A DNA stretch of 40,956 nt from Basidioascus undulatus (taxonomy: Eukaryota): contig JTLS01000031.1 of NCBI GenBank assembly GCA_000826855.1, forward strand, positions 1-40,956. Reading direction: 5' to 3'. Below are positions 11,410-23,599 of the stretch, piece by piece. How positions within the stretch are numbered: the first letter of the stretch is position 1; each line of letters begins with the position of its first letter. A model generated the notes under the pieces. That model was not told where the DNA came from and did no database searches. It saw only the letters and a program-made list of their open reading frames with translations. The translations under genes were made by a program, and so were the position numbers.

Positions 11410-12703
11410 ATGGGCGCTTCACCAGTCGCCGTTCCTTGCCTGACCGTTTGCCTCCTGCCTTTGAACCGCCACTACCACCAGCGGCCAACGCCCCCCCGCT
11501 TCCCAACTTGCCCATCGCTTCCTCCTCATACCTGTACTCTAGACAGCGCGTCTGCAGTGCTCAACGTGCCTGGCCCCATTGCGACTATCCCGGTCGAGCT
11601 GCTCTCCCGCATCCTAGTGTTCGCCACCGCCGGCGCCTCGGCGGCGGACAACCTCCAGTACCCGCTGGTCTGCAAGGATTTGGCTGTGAATACTCAGCTG
11701 TGTAGGGTTCACGAGTTACTCGGAGACTGATGGTGTCCATTTACAGCCTGTCGCTCTGCCCCTGCTCTACCACTCGATCGAACTACGCTCCACGGCGATC
11801 TGCTCCAAGCTGACCATCGCTGCGCCTCACGCCTTCCCTCTCTTCGAAAATACGATTGATGCGAGTCTTGATTGGGGATGCTGAAGGCTTGCCCGAGACG
11901 CTCTTTGAGGCACTCGACTTGATGCTTTTGTTGAACCGTCTCGTCCTCTCGAAGTTCGGTCCCGATGAAGGCCCCGTACCGTTCGACGGTTCCCTCACGC
12001 ATACAGCTTTCGCATTTAAAGGATCATTCACTTCCCTTGATGGAGTCTACTTCACCAAGTCACTCTCAAAGGTCGTGCCGTTTTTGAATGCTTTCGGGTG
12101 CTTGACCCGCCTTGGACTGGATACGAGCAGTGGGCTTACCACCACCGACGTGGGCATGCTTTCCTTGCCCTGCTTAAAGAGCCATCGTTGATGCCGGTGC
12201 TTGGGCTGTCGTGTACGAAGTGCTGTGCCACGCCAAGCTTCCCTCCTTAATTGCGCTCCATATCTCGGCCGTTTCGACCCAGCGACCGCCTATGGCATAT
12301 CCAAGCAAACATTCTTCGCTTTGCGCTCCTTGCTCAGGAGGACGGGTGGCACCGCTGAAGCTGCAGCAGCCTGCCCAACGTTAGCATCCTCGTGCTCGGC
12401 TTCTCGTCTGCATCGTTTGTTTGCCGCGGGAGTCCACTCATCGATCTTGCACACCGTGCACTCCTCGATCTGCACCTAATTATTGCGAGGCCTGGATTAG
12501 AGCACTTCAACGATCTCGAGGACTTTTTCAGCAACATCGCTGTTGATCGAGTCCCCTGTCTGTCGACCCTTGTCCTGCATTTCAGGGACTCCAGCGGGAA
12601 ACGCGTACCAGCTTTGAGCTTTGGTACGAGGACTGCAACGGGATCCTCAACTCCAAGGTTATCAAGCTTTCTTTGGTGGAGTAGACTGAGAAGAAGGGCG
12701 TAG
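11410..12703 (+). pseudogene. F-box-like/LRR-like gene, apparently frameshifted (possible pseudogene)
   Basis: F-box-like start IATIPVELLSRILVFA...LVCK. After an acceptor at 11746 the frame reads PVALPLLYHSIEL but stops near 11882. Leucine-rich segments continue in other frames (11856-12191, 12201-12479, 12392-12703) without convincing intervening introns. Confidence 0.4.
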
Positions 12704-13957
12704 TCGTTTTAATCACTGAACGCAGTCTACCTCAATGCAAACGTTCGGTGTCTGAAGATCCCGAGTGTAGGTGCCAGGGCGAAGCGTCTTTAGTAGAAGG
12801 GGGAACCTGCGTCTTTTATCATGGCGGTCGTAGCTTCGTCAGCCCAAAAACATTTTGGCAAGATGCAGAAATGGCTGCCCAGCTCATGCGTGTCTTGATA
12901 AGGGCTCTGTCGGCTGAACTCTCCAGGCTCCCATTTTTCTGCACGAACGGCGTGGGGGTGTTGTTAAGAAGGGAGTGTAAGATCTCATCCTCAGAACCAG
13001 AATTTGTCTATATTTCCCTTGAAGCAGCGCTCTCACTCTGTGATAGCAGCGTTACTTGCCCGACGTCCATCACAACCTTCCACAGCGTCACCAACCTTCT
13101 TCAGCGACGAGGCATCCATTGACGACATCTTGAACATACTGTATACATTGATTTGTATATCCTGTATCGGCAGTGTGATGGAAGAGGTGCACAAGCAACT
13201 CGGCGGTCTTCTTGGGAGACCATAGGCAGCCTTCAGGTTCACGCCGACAAATCGTCCAGTTCTGAAATGATGCGGCTTTCTGATCACCCACGGACCACAT
13301 AATACCTACCCCCTTTTTTAACAGCAGGGCGTACACCAAAATGCTATTCCCTGTCAGGACCTAGGGCTGACCTGTGCCAGGGCTGTGGAAGATTACCAGA
13401 CTCTGCATGCACTGGCTCTCCGCCGTCGGTCTCTCGGAGTCCTCCAGCGAACCTTCATGCCTGCCAGACCCCAGTCCACACGACCCCCAAATATTGGCCC
13501 GCATTTAAGTACCTTGATTTACCGAGCGGAAAGACACTCTCGAAGCTGTGCGAACCCGAGCGGCCGTCGCACGCAGCGCGCCGAACCGCCGACAGCGGCA
13601 GCGGCGCGCTCGCTGAGGCGCCTCGACGGGCTCAGCAACTCCTCGTCGCTGATTGGCTGGGATTGTCGCTGACCGTCGGCTTGCACCTGCCTCTGCGCTG
13701 TTTTGCACTCCCAACGACGTAAGAGTATGCTGTAAGAATTTTGCGGATGAATGATATCCGTAACCGCCAGCCATGGGAGGATGAGGATAAAAAGAGGCGA
13801 GCGACGCTGCGGGTTGAGATCATCCTCTCACTCTCACTGCAGTTCCGCCCCTTTACCCCTGCGGCCCCCCTTGCCCTTGATAGTTCAACTATCTCTCACC
13901 TGAAAACCCTCTTCCCATACCCCTCCCATCACCTCCCTCATTTCAACTACTCCCACC

Positions 13958-15103
13958 ATGGCCGCATCGCTCAAGCACGTCGACCGCACCCGTCTCCACA
14001 ACGACCTGGCCTACCGCGTCGCGTGGTTGCGCGACTTCATCGGCTTCGACAAGGACGCTGCTCAGGCGCTGCACGACGTCGCGCCGCTCATGGGGCCCCT
14101 AGTCCCGACTGTGAGTTTTCCACTTCATCTTGGAATAAGGACGACGCTAATCAGCAAGATTCAACAGGTCGTGGATGCAGTCTACCAGCAGCTCTTCACC
14201 TACGACTACACCAAGCAGGTAAATCCTATCCTCCAAGTACTATTTCTCTCAGCGGACGCACTGATGCATTTGTGTATTCAGGTCTTCCTCCGCCGGAACG
14301 AAGGCTTCGCGGGAAAGCTCGCCGGTTCGCTGGACGAGCTGATGCTCGACAACGAGCAGATCAAGTTCCGCAAGGATTTCTTATCGGTGTGGGCGAAGAA
14401 GGTGCGTTTTCTCGGGTTCTTTCCGCTTACATGCATTTTGAAATAACTGGCCGGGTCGTGCAGGTCTTCACTGCGAACTATGACGACGAGCGGACGTGGC
14501 AGTATTTGGACAAGGTTGGCCTGATGCATACGGGTCAGTTCGCTCGGTTTGGGCTGCGTAGACTCCACACTCAAAACTCATTTTCCTGTGCGTGATAGGT
14601 GCTCCGGGATTCAAGCACCGTGAAGGAAAGGAGCCCCTGCACGTCGACCTGGTGGCATGCGAAATCCTTCTGGGCTGGGTGGAAGACATTCTGCTAGTGC
14701 GTCCACAACTTACCAGGCCGACGTATTTTCGAGTAGTCTGCTGACAAACGACCATCGTTGTAGGGTGCCCTCCTCCCCCTCCCCGCGGATGTGCTTCCCG
14801 ACGACAAGAAGCACGCAGCCATCCGCGCAGTGAACAAGATCCTCTGGATCCAGCAGGACCTTTTCCAGCGCCACTAGTGCGTAAATCTGAAACCTCCATT
14901 ACAAGTCTTTCCATGCATAATGCTAATTCCCGTCCCATCGCAGCGTCCGCACCGATGAGGAGAACGCCGCTCGTAAGAAGCTCCTCGTTGGCCAGGCTTC
15001 TACGGCGGACCCGAGCGAGAAGATCAAGCAGTGGGCGGTTCCCGCGGCCGCTGGAGCTGTCCTTGTTCTGCTAGTTCAGAAGGTGCTGGCGCAGCTGGCG
15101 TAG
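13958..15103 (+). CDS. Protoglobin-family (single-domain sensor) globin with hydrophobic C-terminal tail, multi-exon
   Basis: Spliced: MAASLKHVDRTRLHNDLAYRVAWLRDFIGFDKDAAQALHDVAPLMGPLVPT|VVDAVYQQLFTYDYTKQ|VFLRRNEGFAG...QIKFRKDFLSVWAKK|VFTANYDDERTWQYLDKVGLMHT|GAPGFKHREGKEPLHVDL...|...AIRAVNKILWIQQDLFQRHY|...QWAVPAAAGAVLVLLVQKVLAQLA*. FIGF, YLDKVGxMHTG and NKxLWIQxDLF are typical of fungal protoglobin-like proteins. Confidence 0.88.
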
Positions 15104-15746
15104 TCTGGGACGGCCCGGCGGCGGGGAATGGCGAAGGACTGGCTTACTACTTCGGTGTAGGGACCGAATGTTGCGTATTACACTGGTTTAACACTGTATA
15201 ACGATTTTACGAGATTGAACTTTTGACGTCTTCTTGATAACGCCAAGTGGGAGAATAAGTTGGTCGGGTGTGCCTTTCAGTCTAGGCGGTCCTTCTGGTA
15301 CGGTAGTTAAGCTTGGGAAGGGGCCTGTACAAGCAGCGTATGCCCTGAGGTTCAATTCCAATGCTTAACTGATTTTGTTGATTTTCCTTGCGAGGCAGTA
15401 GACAACCAAGGCTTGAAAATGTTGCAGGAGTTCAACCTTGCAGCCGTCAACGCTACTTGTAAGTTGGTTGCCAGTGGGTCGTTTGATCGGAGCGGTAGCG
15501 GGCCAGTTTCTGTAGACTGAGTGACTGGACCTAGCTCTATAGCATTGAAAGATACCAAAGATGTATGGCAGGCGAACAAAATGCTGCCTGTATAGAACAC
15601 GCAGTCTGAGGTTTTTCATTCCGTTGACTTCTTTGGCAACACCGGGACGCGGCGCGTCGACGCGCTTCCCTGCCAGGTCGCGCCGCTTGCGTCGTTCGTT
15701 GCTCTTTACCGTTCCTCATTGCCTGTTTTCCACACAGCTCCCAGAA

Positions 15747-17207
15747 ATGTTTCTTTTTAGACGAGTACATCCACTCCAATATTTCTGTACCGGTTTCTGC
15801 TGACCATTGTGGCGGTGCAGAAACCGAAACCGACCGACTACGACACGATCCTTTCCGAGCTCACCAGCTCCATCACCTCGCACCAGCAGCGCCTCGCAGA
15901 CATCCGCCTCCGCGAGCGGCGGGCGACGGTCTGGCTCACGACGTGGGTCCTCGTCGGGTGGCTGGTCTACTGGGGCGCGTGGTGGGCGGGCCTGGTCAAG
16001 TGGGCCCTGGGCGGGTGGGAGGACGGCGAGGGCGGACTGAGGGAATTCTTGGCTTGGGTTGGAGTCGGGTTGGGACCGGTTCTGTGAGTCGATGCTCCTT
16101 CTTCCGGGATGGGCGTATCATAGAGACTTGGGCTCATTCAGGATGGGTAGTGTTCTATTCGCACGCCGCATTGCCGGCGCTTGGTACACGCGTAAAGGCG
16201 ACGCCGAAGGTACGCTCCCATCCCGTCCTCCCGCAGCTCACTGTCCAATTCTTATCAGTCGCTGCTACAGAGAAGCAACTCCGCAACCTCCGCACGCAAC
16301 TCGTCAAGAAGCTTGAGGAGGTCAAGACCAAGGCCTCCTACAACGAGGCGCGCGGCCTTCTCGAGCGCTACGGCGCTCCGGCCGGTGTCAACGTCCGTCG
16401 TCGTCCATCCTCATATCCCTTCCTTACCCCTTTTCCTCACGCCCGTTGCCACAGCCGGACCTCCGTCCTCAACCTCCATCCGTCCCCTCCGCCGGCAAGA
16501 AAGCGCGTTTCCCCCCTCCGCCGTCCTCCGTCCCTCGACAGCCGCAAACGCCCGCGCCCGCGACCCCTCTCAAGCCCGTCCCCGGCGCGCTGCCCGGCAC
16601 GCCTCAGCCTGCCACACCCTTCACCGCCGCGTCCACCCCGTCCGTGCCAATCACGACTGCGCTGCCCCGCGCGCCTCGCGCATGGTACGACAAGCTCGCG
16701 GACGCGATCCTGGGGGACGACCCGTCCAGCCCTGCGTCGATGGCGAGCCAGCAGTACGCACTGATCTGCGAGAATTGCGCGAAGCATAACGGGCTTGTGG
16801 GGCGGGAGCAGTGGGCGGATTTGCGTGCGTGACAATTCCCCCTTTGCTGTCGAGCGCCGCTTGAGCTGACTGATTGGGCTGCCCGAGCAGAATGGGAATG
16901 CCGCTTCTGCCACCACCTCAACCTCTCCCCACGCGCCAAGGCCGCCGCCCGCCAGCGCAGCTCGAACATGCAGTACCGCGCCGCGACGAGTCCGCTGGCG
17001 ATGCACACGCCGCAGCGCCCGTCGTCGGCTGCGTCTGGGATGCGGATTGAGCGCGAAGGGAGTGCGGCGAGCGAGGGCGGCTACGTCATCAGGGAGAGGG
17101 AGGAGCCGGGGCAGCGGGTGGGTGAGAACGAGGAGAAGGAGGAGCACGGCGAAGAGGCGGAGAGCGAGGGAAAGGGCGTGGCGGATATGAGCATCGATGA
17201 GGCGTAG
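15747..17207 (+). CDS. LNP1: Lunapark (ER junction formation protein, Lnp1) homolog, multi-exon
   Basis: MFLFRR|KPKPTDYDTILSEL... followed by an N-terminal coiled coil, two hydrophobic segments, a KxxYxxARxLLERY coiled coil, a Pro-rich linker, WYDKLADAILGDD and the zinc-finger signature YALICxxCxxHNGL...WECRFCHHLN. Acidic tail ends at 17207. Confidence 0.9.
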
Positions 17208-17549
17208 GGCGTTGAATGGGGTTGATGTGAGTGTGGGAGGCACCCTCGTGGCTTGGGATTATGCGGCGCCGGCTTCGGCTGGAGTGGTGAGCGCAGACGT
17301 GTGACCTGGCTTGACTCGGACTTAGTAATAGTGCGGCACAGCTGACTAGCAACTCTCGTCCGGTCAGAACCGTCGCAATTCCCTAGGCTTTGGTATACGC
17401 GCGTCGATGCATGATAGTACAAAGCAGCCATGAGCTTTCGAATGCTAATGCAAGCACCTTGACGCTATTATGTCCAATGCCAACGAACACAACTCTGATA
17501 TGCTACTGGAACCATAAAATGAAATGCGATCAAAGCTGGTATGCCACAT

Positions 17550-20500
17550 TCACAGTCCCTCGAACGGCTCCTTTAGCAGCAACTCCTTCTCCCTCGCGTG
17601 CCACTTCCCCACGCCCACAGCCGCTGGGCTCTCCCTGCGACCCAGATACCTCAGCCTTTCCTGCCTTCCCGAAGCATCCAGCAGAGCATCGATCCGCTCC
17701 TTCACGTGGGCCCACCCGCCCTGGTTCCGATGCTCCTCCTGCACCCAACAGATCTCCTGCGCCGCGTTGTACCGGGAGAGCACCGCCTCGACGGCGGCGA
17801 AGGGGAACGGGCACAGTTCCTCGATCCGCACAAGCGCCACGGACGCCTGTACATCGGAGGGAAGAGTCGCACGAGCGGCGGAGAGGTCGTAGAATAGCTT
17901 GCCGGAGAGGAGAAGGATGCGCCGGACTGTGGAAGGATCGAGGGAGGAGGGGTCGTCGAGGACCGGTCGGAAGGCAGTCGAATGGCCCATTTCCGAAAGG
18001 GATGAAGCAGCGGCCTAGCATACGCGAAAATTAGTCCTGCATTCGACGGGCGGCAACAGCGAAAACGCTTACGCTTGATCGGAGCAGGCCTTTCGGGCTC
18101 GCAATGATGAGCGGCTTGCGGTAGTTGCGGTGCATCTGGCGGCGAAGTAGGTGGAAGTACTGCGCGGGCGTCGTCAGGTTCGCTACGGAGATGTTGACGT
18201 TCGCGTGGGGGTTTGGGTAGTAAGGGTCGTTTGAGAGCTGGAGGTAGCGCTCGATGCGAGACGACGAGTGCTCGGGGCCGGCCCCATCCATCCCGTGTGG
18301 CTGCGGGAACGCTGCTGTTCAGCGAAACATTCAGAGGCAGAACTGGCACGCAGTCTTTCGCATACGAGAAGCATGACGAGTCCGCTCTGTTTCAGCCATT
18401 TCGCTGCAAGAGGAATCTCTGGATCAGTTGTAGATGGACAAGAGCGAGCTGACTGCCGACCTACCTTCACTGGAAGCCACGAACGTGTCGATAACGACCT
18501 GTGCGCCGTTGCCGAAATCCCCAAACTACACCACACCGACTAATTAACTCAAACTTCTTGCGACTGCCTGATTTTCGACGTACCTGGGCTTCCCAAATGC
18601 CAAGCAACCTGGGGCTGTCGATGGTCATGCCATGCTCGAATCCGAGCACAGCAAGCTCGCTGAGGCTCGAGTTGGCAATCTCCAGGCGGCCGTGCGAGGG
18701 TGCGGGCGACGCGTTGAGCGGAATGTGAACTTGTTCGGTCTGATACGAACCCACAGAGGAGTTATGGATGCAGTTCTGTGGGGTCAGTACTTGAAGAACC
18801 ATCGCACCTTCTGGTCAACGAGCATCGCATGGCGCTGCGAAAATGTGCCACGGCCGACGTCCTGCCCCGAGATACGGACGTCGAAGCTAGGATGCCCAGA
18901 TTCAGCAAGTTCGTCAGTTAGGATTCGGAGCACTCACCCCTCATGCAAGAGGGTCCCGAAAGCCAACGCCTGATTATGGCTTGTCAGTAACTGTATCCGC
19001 CAGAACAAACTGAACTATTCTGTACTTCAGCAGTCGCAAAATCGATCCCGGTCCCGGCTTCGAGGCTTTTGAGACGGTTTTTGACTGCGTTGTTGGGGTA
19101 GACAAGGATGAAAAGACTGCAAGTCCCGGCTTCGAAAGAACAAACAGCTCACTGTGCCTCTGCAGCCTCGGATGAATCTCGAACCCATCGGGGGTCTCCA
19201 CGCTCTTCGCGCCCACCTCGCGAAGTGCGTCCACAGCAATACCGGTCTCCGGAGAATGCACAGCCTCCGCCGAAGCGGGCCAGACCATGTGCGCCCACTG
19301 GTGCCCAAGCATGTCCGGCCGAGCCACGTAGTCGGTGTCGGCGGCTTTCAGCTCAGCGTCGAGGAAGGCTTTGTGCTCGGCTCGGAGAGATGAAGCAGCT
19401 TCAGGCGAGAGGACTCCGTCGGACTACATAGTATGTTTCTCAGATGTGAGCAGGCTATCAGCGCCAAAGGCAAGAAGGGAAGATCTACTGACAATAAGCT
19501 TGTCCTCGTAGAGCTGCGGGACGGACTTGCGCGAGCGGATCTTGTCGTACATGACAGGTTGAGTATCTGAGAGCTCATGAATTAGGGTGTGAGGAATGTA
19601 GCCACGAGGAAATTTGACGCACAGGACGGCTCGTCGAGCTCGTTGTGGCCGTGACGGCGGTAGCAGAGCATGTCCACGACCACATCTGCAGACATGCTCA
19701 AGATGCGCGGTCAGCGCTACTTCTGGACGAAACGAGCATGTCTGCCGACCTTTGCGGAACTTGTCTCGGTAGAGGAAAGCAGTCTCGATGGCTTGGACAA
19801 CGCTTTCGGGGTAGTCCGCATTCACATGGAGAACCGGTACGTTGATGGCTTTCGCTGGGTCGGAAGCTGTGGGCGAGCAGGATCAGAATCTCCCCCACAA
19901 GTATCTCCCCCAAAAAATCAAGATTTTCAGCTCTATCATTTGACGGTCACTCACCGTAAGGCGAGGAACGAGCATTCGCAGCCGGGGTGGTGTAGCCGAT
20001 ACTGCACACATATCGACGTTAAGTCAGTAACAGAACCTAGAAAGAGGGGACAAAAATCTGACCTGTTGTTGACGACCAAGTGCACCGACCCGCCGCTGGT
20101 AAAGTGAGGAAGATTGCTGAGGCCCAGGGACTCCATGACGATGCCCTGCCCCGTGAACGCCGCATCACCGTGAACCTGAAGGCAGAGAACGCGATCTCCT
20201 GTAGCCGAGCGCATTTTCAGATATCTACCAGATGTTTATTACGGAATAATTGCAATGAAACACGAACCTAGGCTGCACGAGTCGGGTTCAATCGCGAAAT
20301 CGCGAAGGAGCGAGGTTTGCTTCGCACGGGCTTTGCCGAGCGCAACCGGGTTGATAGCCTGTAACAAAGTAAGAACTGAGAAAAACAAGGGAGAAGTAAT
20401 TTTCCGAAAAGTCCTGCGCACCTCCAGATGAGAGGGGTTCCTATCCCCTCCCAGTCAGCGAACTTTCCTAAGCGCAGTGCGATAAGATGGACGTACTGTA

Positions 20501-21637
20501 GCATTGATATCTTGATTTTCCGCCCCTCATACTCCAGCTCGGGACTGGAGACGATATGACTAACGACGTCGCCTGTCGCGCCGAGCTTGCTCAGTTCCTC
20601 GCCGCACTCGGCGTTGCCGCGGACCTTGTGGAAGAGCGCGCGCGGCGGGTAACGCAGCAGGTCAGCTAGGAGCGAAAGTCGACCGCGGTGCGGCATCGAC
20701 AGTACTAGGTCGGTTATACCATCTGCGAAGTAATAGTTATTTCTGTAAGAAATCAAGTCCGGCTGCGAAGATGGAAGGAATACCCACGCAGGGAAGAGAT
20801 ACGAAACAGCACATCGAGCGCCGGCAACATGCTTTCAGCGCCCTCGAGACCTGTCGATATAGCCCTCAGGTCAGACAAGACTCAGGTCCTGTGAAAAGAT
20901 TAGAATATTTACCGTAGCGCTTCAAATTGGGGAATCTCGCGCCGAGAAAAGCGTCAAGCGTCTCGCTGCGAGCCAAAAGCTCCCAATAGCCGCGTCTCCG
21001 GTCGGACGGGAGATGAGAGATCGGCGTCGGGGATGGGGCGTGCTCGAGGTGGCGGTCGAACCACAGGCGCTCCGCCTTCACAGGAACATTCATGTACCTG
21101 CCGAGGACCGGATGTTCAACTCCGGCAGTCTGGGGTTCAGCTCTGTCGCGAACGCACTCGTAGCCTATTCTTCCCACGTAAGTCTCCCTCAGGCGCTCCA
21201 CCACATCTCGCAGCTTGACCTCTCCCGCTTTGGTCCAGTGCACGATCCCCGTCAGGTTGTAGGATTCCTCCAGGTCGAGGCCGTATCTCTCGGGGCTGAG
21301 CGCGGAGACCTCCTCGCGCGCAAGAAGATCGAGCGGGTCGATCAGGGCTGCGCGGTGCCCGTGACGCCGGACCGACTCGACGTAGCGCAGTAGTGGAGCG
21401 TTGACGTTGCGGTTTGCGAGCTCCGCTGGAGTATCTGGAAACGCGAACGGTACGGCACTGTAAGGCATTGCTTCGAAAGCCGGGCGCTGAAGCTGACGGC
21501 TCACAGTCCGGAATGGATGCCGGACGGGGAGAGCGGAACCCAAAGCATGTAGCGTCTTCATTGTATGAGCGCGCGCGGGGGCGTGAGCTGAGCGGACGGA
21601 GGGGAGTCAAGCGGCGACAATGGAGTCGAGCGAGCAT
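17550..21637 (-). CDS. DHTKD1: 2-oxoglutarate/2-oxoadipate dehydrogenase E1 component, DHTKD1-like, with a mitochondrial-presequence-like N-terminus, multi-exon
   Basis: [26 protein letters not shown]-terminus; [32 protein letters not shown] motif [10 protein letters not shown]...[68 protein letters not shown]. Short N-terminal region, as in the DHTKD1 subfamily rather than Kgd1/OGDH (subfamily call is less certain than the family call). Confidence 0.9.
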
Positions 21638-22667
21638 CGCAAGGGGTTCGCGGAGCCGCGATCGAGAGAATGGGTCAGGTTTTGCAGGTTATAGTACACG
21701 ATGTGGTTCAACGTGAACGTTCGTTAACAAGATTAGGAGTCAACATAAGAAGAGGGGGTGGTTTTGCTTCGCGAAGTCAATGGGCAGGAAGCAGTCGTCA
21801 CGTGTGACCCTCTTGCGGGAGACCCATCAGCTGGCTTCGGCTCCAACGGCTGTGTCCCGCACATGGCATTTTAAGCGACAGCACGCAGGAGGAGTATGCG
21901 TCGATGCAGCGTTGAGAGTGCCGAGATTCGGCTGGCAATATGCGATAATGTCATTGCAGCACCCCGGACGTGTGGGTGGCGAAAGACAGTGGTGAACTGC
22001 CATTGTCCGCCTCCGAGTTTTTCAGCTGTGAAATAACTCCACTAGTTTGGGAGGTTCATACAGATTAAAGATAAATCTTACCATGATTGTTTCGATGCTT
22101 CAGCGGTACCCCAGACAGAAGTCCGTCGAGCCCGAGTCAACGCCATCACACGCAACAGCGAAGGTTGCCCTCGAACGCTCACCGTGTGGAACACCTAAAG
22201 AACCAGCCGGAAATTGCAGCTTCTCTTCCATGGAAATCTCTTTGTTAAACAGACGAAGGCGTAGTCGCTCTCCTGTGCGGTGCTTGTGGACTCACGCCGC
22301 CGCGACCGACCGCGCGCGCTACAGACGTCTACTAGTCCGGTGGCGGCTCCATGGGTGCATAATCCTGTGAATCGAGAGACAGATTATTATAGCCTCTCAC
22401 ATTACTACCTTCTCGTCATATCCACAGATACAACTCGAGTTCACCAGTGAGCGCCGAAGCCCCAAAGGTGGTATTGCAGCAGTCCCCGAGACTACCATCT
22501 TTCAGGCCAGATGCCTTCAGGCCTGGTTTCATCGATAGAGCAGTGGATATTTCAAAGTTGAGAAAGAAGGTACCATGTCCACTAGCTGATGAGATTCTGC
22601 CTTGACCGCATTGTGTTTTTAGGAACAGTACACACGTCGCCTCTTCTCCAGCTTTGAACATGTTCTA

Positions 22668-22733
22668 TGCCTTCAGAAAGGCTAGGTCCCCCCGGTTCTC
22701 TGCTTTCAGAAAGGCTACGTCCCCCCGGTGGTC
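22668..22733 (+). repeat. 33-bp two-copy tandem duplication
   Basis: tgccttcagaaaggctaggtccccccggttctc followed directly by tgctttcagaaaggctacgtccccccggtggtc. Confidence 0.85.
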
Positions 22734-23599
22734 CTATTTCCCCAAGCTTCTTAATTATCTATGTCCATGTCCGAGGGAGAATATCGACGACTCCCTTCCG
22801 TATGTGGTCTTCTTCAAATATACACTCTACACAGTGCACAATGCGTTTGTGCCTTTCACCCACGGTCTTAGAGCTTGTGATTCTGTCCAAGGTATTAACA
22901 GGTATTAACCTCTTCTTTAGCAGGAAATAGTGTCTGTGGCTCCATTTCAGTACGCTCTGAGCTCGCAATCCTCGTGCAGTTGCCTGGCAGTCGTTCACAA
23001 GTGCTCTTCCCCAGTCTTTTGCGGGCATTCCCTGGTCGTCTTTCAAGCTTTCAGAGCTGCCTGCATTAATGTTCTCGGCTCAATTGAAAGGCTGCAAATT
23101 TTCTCTCAGCGGCCGCTGCCATCCGCTGACATCCGCTGCATTTAGCGGACCGCCGCTCGCGCCATCCTACCCCGCATTTGACACGATTGAGGACTTTCAC
23201 ATGGCAAGCTCGCAGCTCTCGGCCCCCGCTCATCTCCGTGCCTTGGTGCACATTGCCTTCCTGCTTCTCAGGTCTTCTCGCTAGAAAAGTGTAGAAAGTT
23301 CTACGAAATGAATTGCACGAACTGACTGCGGTGGCCCTGTGGAGCAGAGTGGAGAGGTATGGGGGTCCATGAGAAGACGAGTGCCCAGAGCGGACATGTC
23401 GGGACAGCACGGTGCTGCTTCCATAACGCGTCCGGCACGCGTGCGCCGCGCCGGTCCGCTTCAGACTGTGCTTCGCATTCGTACAAGATTCCCCATCTGG
23501 ACCAAGGCCCAAGGGGGTCTATCAACCTATCTTGACCTTACACCACCACAATCACCCACTCTTCCACACCCACCCATCTACACACCCCAATACCATCGA

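Noticed and set aside
12748..13340. Short ORFs between the F-box-like pseudogene and the globin
   Set aside because: No motifs and no consistent exon chain.
15297..15370. Functional tRNA gene (GCA in the anticodon position)
   Set aside because: The acceptor and T stems do not pair and U33 is absent. Retained only as a tRNA-like or Pol III signal in the findings.
15446..15612. U3 snoRNA (gtcaacgctactt|gtaagt start and gcagtctga end resemble yeast U3 ends)
   Set aside because: No box A GAUCAUUUCU, box B or box C, and the span is too short once the putative intron is removed.
15747..16940. Lunapark lacking Gly2 myristoylation and having LNLSPRAK instead of LNPARK
   Set aside because: Fungal Lnp1 proteins commonly diverge at both sites, so this is not distinctive enough to flag.
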